Source: Candidatus Bathyarchaeia archaeon
GTDB taxonomy: Archaea > Thermoproteota > Bathyarchaeia > Bathyarchaeales > Bathycorpusculaceae
Assembly (NCBI GenBank): GCA_050010755.1
Contig: JBEKKK010000001.1
Location: forward strand, 800,001 to 864,000
Length of the DNA: 64,000 nt
Direction of reading: 5' to 3'
Position 1 is the first letter of the stretch, and every line of letters starts with the position of its first letter. Of this stretch, positions 59,580-64,000 are shown in pieces. Under the pieces are notes generated by a model, which was not told the origin of the DNA, did not search any database, and saw only the letters and a list, made by a program, of their open reading frames with translations. Both the position numbers and the translations under genes were made by a program.

Positions 59580-61028
59580 ATGGGTGCGCTAGTTGCGGTT
59601 CTTGACAAGACAGGCGAGAACGCCATCAGAACAGCGCTAACCATGATCGAAGCGATGAACTCCAACAAGCCGGAAGCCTACGGGGTAGCCTCTCCGCAAA
59701 CCGTTGGAATAGAAAAGTCCCTTTCGACTCTGCAAAAAACTCGAGTTGAATCTTCAACCGCCGTCGGCTATGCCTTCTCCCAAATTCTTTCTAAAGACAA
59801 GCCTCAACCTTTGAAGTGCGATGACGGAGCAATCGTTTTTGATGGAAGACTCTATCCCGTTGAAACTTCAAGTCCCGATGCCGAGATAGTCGCTAGCCAG
59901 CTCATATCGAATCTTGAACAGGCGACCGCAGTCTTCGCGCAGAAAGCAAACGGTGACTTCGCCCTAGCAGTGGCAAGAACTGAAAAAATCGTCGCGGCCA
60001 GAGACTCTATGGGCGTTCGCCCGCTTTACTATGGCGAAAACGAGGAGTTCGCAGCCCTGGCCTCTGAACGAAAAGCCCTCTGGAGCATCGGAATCAAGGA
60101 CACAAATTCATTTCCCCCTGGATGCGTTTCGCTAGTTGATGGAAACGGTTTCAAATTCACCGTTGCCAGAAGAATCACCTTTTCCAAGCCGAAACAAATC
60201 ACGATGCAGAGGGCCGCGCATGAGCTCCATAGGCTGCTGGAACATTCTGTCAAAGAAAGGGTCTCAGACTTGAAGGAAGTGGCAATCGCATTCTCGGGCG
60301 GCTTAGACAGCAGCATCATAGCTTCTCTGGCAAAGAAAATCAACAACAACGTCGTCTTGGTTCACGTAAGCCTACGGAACGAGCCTGAAGTTGAATACGC
60401 CAAGCAAGCGGCGGAACATCTGAAGCTTCCGCTATACTGCGACCTTCAAGCCGAGGACAAAGTTCTAATGACAATCCAGAAAGTCGTCGCCGCCATAGAG
60501 GAACCAGACCCCATTAAAGTGAGCATAGGAATTCCGATATACTGGGCCGCCGAAAAAACTCGCGAAATGGGCTTTAACACAATGCTGGCAGGACAAGGAG
60601 CGGACGAACTATTCGGCGGCTACAAACGTTACGTGGACGAGTACTTGAAAAGCGGCGCCAAGAGGGCGGAGAAGTCAATTTTCAACGATATCACAAATAT
60701 GTACATAGACAATCTGGAAAGAGACTCCAAAATCTGTAACCACCTGAACGTCGAACTGCGACTGCCTTTCGCAACCATCCAAATGGCAGGTTTCGCATTA
60801 AGCCTACCACTTGAGTTGAAAATGGAGCGAACAAGCTGCACGCTTAGAAAACTCATACTAAGACGAGTGGCCAACGATCTTCTCCTTCCGCCTGAAATCG
60901 CAAACAGACCAAAAAAGGCCATACAATACACGACCGGCATGAACAAGGCCCTCAAGAAAATAGCCAAGCAACAAAGAACGAAAATAGCTCTATACCTCCA
61001 AAAAATGTTCGAAAAAACCTTTCAGTAA
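59580..61028 (+). CDS. Asparagine synthetase B-like protein lacking the N-terminal catalytic Cys
   Basis: ARD..GVRPLYY, SGGLDSS, GQGADELFGGY and KKAIQY; begins MGALV rather than MCG. Confidence 0.88.
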   Translation: MGALVAVLDKTGENAIRTALTMIEAMNSNKPEAYGVASPQTVGIEKSLSTLQKTRVESSTAVGYAFSQILSKDKPQPLKCDDGAIVFDGRLYPVETSSPDAEIVASQLISNLEQATAVFAQKANGDFALAVARTEKIVAARDSMGVRPLYYGENEEFAALASERKALWSIGIKDTNSFPPGCVSLVDGNGFKFTVARRITFSKPKQITMQRAAHELHRLLEHSVKERVSDLKEVAIAFSGGLDSSIIASLAKKINNNVVLVHVSLRNEPEVEYAKQAAEHLKLPLYCDLQAEDKVLMTIQKVVAAIEEPDPIKVSIGIPIYWAAEKTREMGFNTMLAGQGADELFGGYKRYVDEYLKSGAKRAEKSIFNDITNMYIDNLERDSKICNHLNVELRLPFATIQMAGFALSLPLELKMERTSCTLRKLILRRVANDLLLPPEIANRPKKAIQYTTGMNKALKKIAKQQRTKIALYLQKMFEKTFQ

Positions 61029-61141
61029 ACGAAAGATCTAGCGGCATGAAAACGTTTACGAGTGAACTGAAAAATTTTGGAATGGTTTAGGGGATAGATG
61101 GAGCGGTTAATGTGTGAAATAGGTGCGTTGAGTCTCGGATT

Positions 61142-61324
61142 TTATTCGACAACTTGGATTGCGCTTTCTGGGCACTGTACTTCGCATGCTCTGCACACTA
61201 GGCATTCTTCAGACTTTACAGCTGTGGACTTGTTGTTCTTTACTTCGTAGACGCCAACTGGGCACGTATCAGCGCATGTGCCGCATCCAGTGCATTTGGC
61301 ATTGTCTATGACTATTTTCACCAT
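61142..61324 (-). CDS. 2x[4Fe-4S] ferredoxin
   Basis: Two CxxCxxCxxxCP motifs. Confidence 0.95.
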   Translation of the reverse strand: MVKIVIDNAKCTGCGTCADTCPVGVYEVKNNKSTAVKSEECLVCRACEVQCPESAIQVVE

Positions 61325-61391
61325 TTTTGATTTCTCCCTGAGCTGGAATTTCAGTGAGAAATTAAAGTGGAATAAAAGCGTTTAGGTGCGT

Positions 61392-63131
61392 TTAGTAGGT
61401 TTCTTCACGTAGTCTTAAGAGGATTCCTCGAATCGTCGTTTTAGCTCTTTCTTTCCTGCGCTCGTAATCTGCGAGAAGCTTGCGGTAGGTTTCCAACGAT
61501 ATCTCACCTCTGGTTTGGCGGGCTTCAATGCTGCTGATGCTGCCCTCTGCCTCGTCGATTTGAGCTTCGGCAACTTCGAGCTGTCGCATCATATCCGCGT
61601 AGTGACCGCCGCCTGCGTGCAATTTGCCCCCCGTCTCTGCCAACGTTCTATCCAGTGCGCTGAGGCGAGTTTCCAAGGTTTTCTTCTGCACCTTGTACCT
61701 TCGTCTGGGGAGTCTTCCCTTCTGCACCCTTTCATCGAGTGCGTCTATCTCTCCTTCTATCTTCATTTTCTCCTCGTACGCATCTGCAAAAGCCCTATAG
61801 TCTTCTGGACGAATCGCGCCTCCGCGAGCCGTTGAAGGAATCACGACTCCGCTAGGAGCCCTTGGCCTCCTCCAAAGCCATACAACTGCGGAGCCAACCA
61901 TCGTGAAGGCAAAAATCCACAGTGTGGGACCCAAAGCCAGCCATAAAGGATTATACGTGTAGCTAAAGTTCACAGTGAAACTGGCGAGAGGAATTACGTT
62001 CTGCTCGCTTACACTCATGCTGTCCTGGTAAACATCATGGTTGACGCCGTAAAGGTTGCCTGCCAGTGTCGTTTCAAAATCGGACAGTCGCGCACCTTGA
62101 GGCAGGAAGAAGCCGACTGAAGCTTGGTCGATGTAGCTGATCGAGTCTTGGAAGAAACTCATGTTTAAAGTGAAGCTGCTGCCCACTTTACTAACGTAGA
62201 CGTTGTCGGGCAGATCGTAGCTCACCGTAAATTTTATTGCTTCGCCGGGGTTCACATCGAGGGTGAAGTTTATCGTGTACCGATTTGGGTATTCACTATT
62301 GGGAGACGGCGCTGTTATGATAGGTACCCCGATTTGATCATTCGCGGCTACGTTCGACGCGTTAGGAGGCAGGATAAAGTCCATTGAGTCCATCGTTGAG
62401 GTCGAGTTGTTCGTTACAAAATAGAAGTCGGAAACGCTCACTTGGCCGAACGCGTTGATATTCACGGTGCGAGTGAGCTGTTCGATGTCAAAATTCTGAT
62501 ATGCTCCTGCTGGAATCGTCAAGTCCACTTGCGACGTGTTGTAGGTGAACGCGCTCAAATTCTCCACATTGTACGTGAGGCCGCTAACCGTTCCATTGAC
62601 ATACTGTGCATCCGGCACGACAACAGAGCAGTTGCAAACAGGGACGGTTTCGGTCAGGCTCGGAAAAGTTGGAAAGACAAGCTCAAAGATAGTCGAATTC
62701 AACTCCGAGAAAACGTCTGACAACACAAAAACCACGCTGAAGACCTGCGGCGTCCCTTTCGAAAAATCGACACTTATTGCATAGAAACCAACATGATCTG
62801 CAAACGGGACGTTAAGCGAGACTGGAAACGTGTCAGCCGCGTTCCCGGTGCTATAGGCTATTACGCTGACCACACTCGGACCGAAGCTGTGCGGAAAACC
62901 AAGCAAGAAGCTGCCTGTTTGCCCCGATGTCGTTATTGTGTCATTCAGAAGAACATATCCATTGTACAACACTCCCACGGTTTGGTTAACGCTTAGCACA
63001 CTGAAGGTGGAACTTGCCCTCGCAGAGGAATTGTTGAAAGAAGCCAAAGCAAGAACTGCAATTGCCAAGGCCAAGATGATGAACACGGCAACGGTTTTCC
63101 TCACACTTTTCTCCTCCAACCAGACTAACAC
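61392..63131 (-). CDS. Type I membrane protein, ribophorin-I-like architecture
   Basis: Signal peptide, beta-rich external region (LTRTVNINAFGQVSVSDFYFVTN; F.LP.GA), one TM and a cytosolic helical bundle. Confidence 0.7.
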   Translation of the reverse strand: MLVWLEEKSVRKTVAVFIILALAIAVLALASFNNSSARASSTFSVLSVNQTVGVLYNGYVLLNDTITTSGQTGSFLLGFPHSFGPSVVSVIAYSTGNAADTFPVSLNVPFADHVGFYAISVDFSKGTPQVFSVVFVLSDVFSELNSTIFELVFPTFPSLTETVPVCNCSVVVPDAQYVNGTVSGLTYNVENLSAFTYNTSQVDLTIPAGAYQNFDIEQLTRTVNINAFGQVSVSDFYFVTNNSTSTMDSMDFILPPNASNVAANDQIGVPIITAPSPNSEYPNRYTINFTLDVNPGEAIKFTVSYDLPDNVYVSKVGSSFTLNMSFFQDSISYIDQASVGFFLPQGARLSDFETTLAGNLYGVNHDVYQDSMSVSEQNVIPLASFTVNFSYTYNPLWLALGPTLWIFAFTMVGSAVVWLWRRPRAPSGVVIPSTARGGAIRPEDYRAFADAYEEKMKIEGEIDALDERVQKGRLPRRRYKVQKKTLETRLSALDRTLAETGGKLHAGGGHYADMMRQLEVAEAQIDEAEGSISSIEARQTRGEISLETYRKLLADYERRKERAKTTIRGILLRLREETY

Positions 63132-63258
63132 TCATATGAGGCTTGTATTTATTCATAAGCTCATTTATTTACTTTTAGACTTGAACCGCACCGGTAAGGC
63201 ACGCGCCTACCTCTCTGCCTTAGGGGCAAAGAAAAAAAGTTGCACCTCACAAGGTCAG

Positions 63259-63621
63259 CTATCGCTTACTTTGCCTGAGGTAGTGATCATGTTCTTTCTT
63301 GGTGCCGAAGCTTCTAACGCCCTTTTCTTTCAACTGTTTCCTGATTTTCCGAGCGCTTTCTCTGTCGATTTCGCCTCTTCTTTCCAAATAGCAAACTATT
63401 TCTTCGGCCTGTTCTTCAGTGTCGCATCGCCTAATGAAGTCAATGACATCTGGCATATAGCTATCGAAGCTCCGCGAGGTCACGGCTTTCTCTCCATCCT
63501 TTGAGTCTGTTCGCACGGAGTTCACTCGAACCTTATTGTCACCTGTTTGCAATTCTTTGGCAAGATTGGGAAACATTTTCTTCGCGGATTCTTTATCCAG
63601 TTCCACCTGCATGTCTCCCAT
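63259..63621 (-). CDS. DUF2095 family protein
   Basis: FPNLAKEL, PDVIDFIRRCDT..QAEE...YLE.RGEI and GVRSFG. Confidence 0.85.
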   Translation of the reverse strand: MGDMQVELDKESAKKMFPNLAKELQTGDNKVRVNSVRTDSKDGEKAVTSRSFDSYMPDVIDFIRRCDTEEQAEEIVCYLERRGEIDRESARKIRKQLKEKGVRSFGTKKEHDHYLRQSKR

Positions 63622-63828
63622 GTTCTACGCAAGCTTCACTAATATTGCTCAGTGCAAAACCAATATTTAAGAATCGTCAGATACTTGCTGGCACAATGGA
63701 CGAAAGCCTTAACAAAGCAATACGCATGAACGTGTCGAAATCGGCACGAAACAACTGCCATAGACGAGCCAAAAACGTTCAATCAAAAGTTCACCGCTGA
63801 CTCCGCATTGGACGGCCCAGCACGGAAT

Positions 63829-63999
63829 CTAGTGCTTCACCATCTGTTCGTACAGTCCTAGGGTTCTCTTGGCAATCTTGTCCCAAGTGAATTCTTCGAG
63901 GACTCGCTTTCTGCCGTTTTTTCCGAGCCACTTCATTTTATCTGGGTTTTCCAAGACGCTGGTGATACCCCACGCGATGTCCGTCGGGTTGCTGGGATC
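63829..63999 (-). CDS. GT4 glycosyltransferase, C-terminal end (5' part outside window)
   Basis: Own translation: DPSNPTDIAWGITSVLENPDKMKWLGKNGRKRVLEEFTWDKIAKRTLGLYEQMVKH*. Confidence 0.85.
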   Translation of the reverse strand, partial: DPSNPTDIAWGITSVLENPDKMKWLGKNGRKRVLEEFTWDKIAKRTLGLYEQMVKH

Positions 64000-64000
64000 T

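Overview
Archaeal chromosomal window. The gene set (Hel308, CTP-dependent riboflavin kinase, ADP-forming acetyl-CoA synthetase, DUF2095, dockerin-tailed surface proteins) fits a TACK archaeon, most likely Bathyarchaeia; that taxon is an inference. (1) 1-10.6 kb: alpha-glucan/glycogen-type locus built from a repeated module [GH57 -> <- full GT4 <- 'half' GT4 <- winged-helix protein], plus GT4-wHTH and GH57-DUF5752-like fusions and a GH15. (2) 10.7-22.7 kb: housekeeping and metabolic genes (msrB, CPA1 antiporter, ino1, ribK, acdA, CofE-like, thyX, htpX, GH38). (3) 22.8-50.4 kb: accessory block with a split RLAN/RimK pair, surface proteins, tRNA-Val, a glycan modification/glycosylation cluster, a frameshifted B12 radical SAM gene, rmlACBD and dockerin proteins. 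It is bracketed by inverted copies of an unannotated ~180-bp structured non-coding repeat. (4) 50.6-64 kb: membrane-bound regulator, a hybrid IscS-like/IscU/SufS operon, hel308, purB, asnB-like, ferredoxin, a ribophorin-I-like protein, DUF2095 and a partial GT4. The best candidates for novelty are the modular glucan system and the covarying non-coding repeat family. All family calls come from motif recognition, not database searches.
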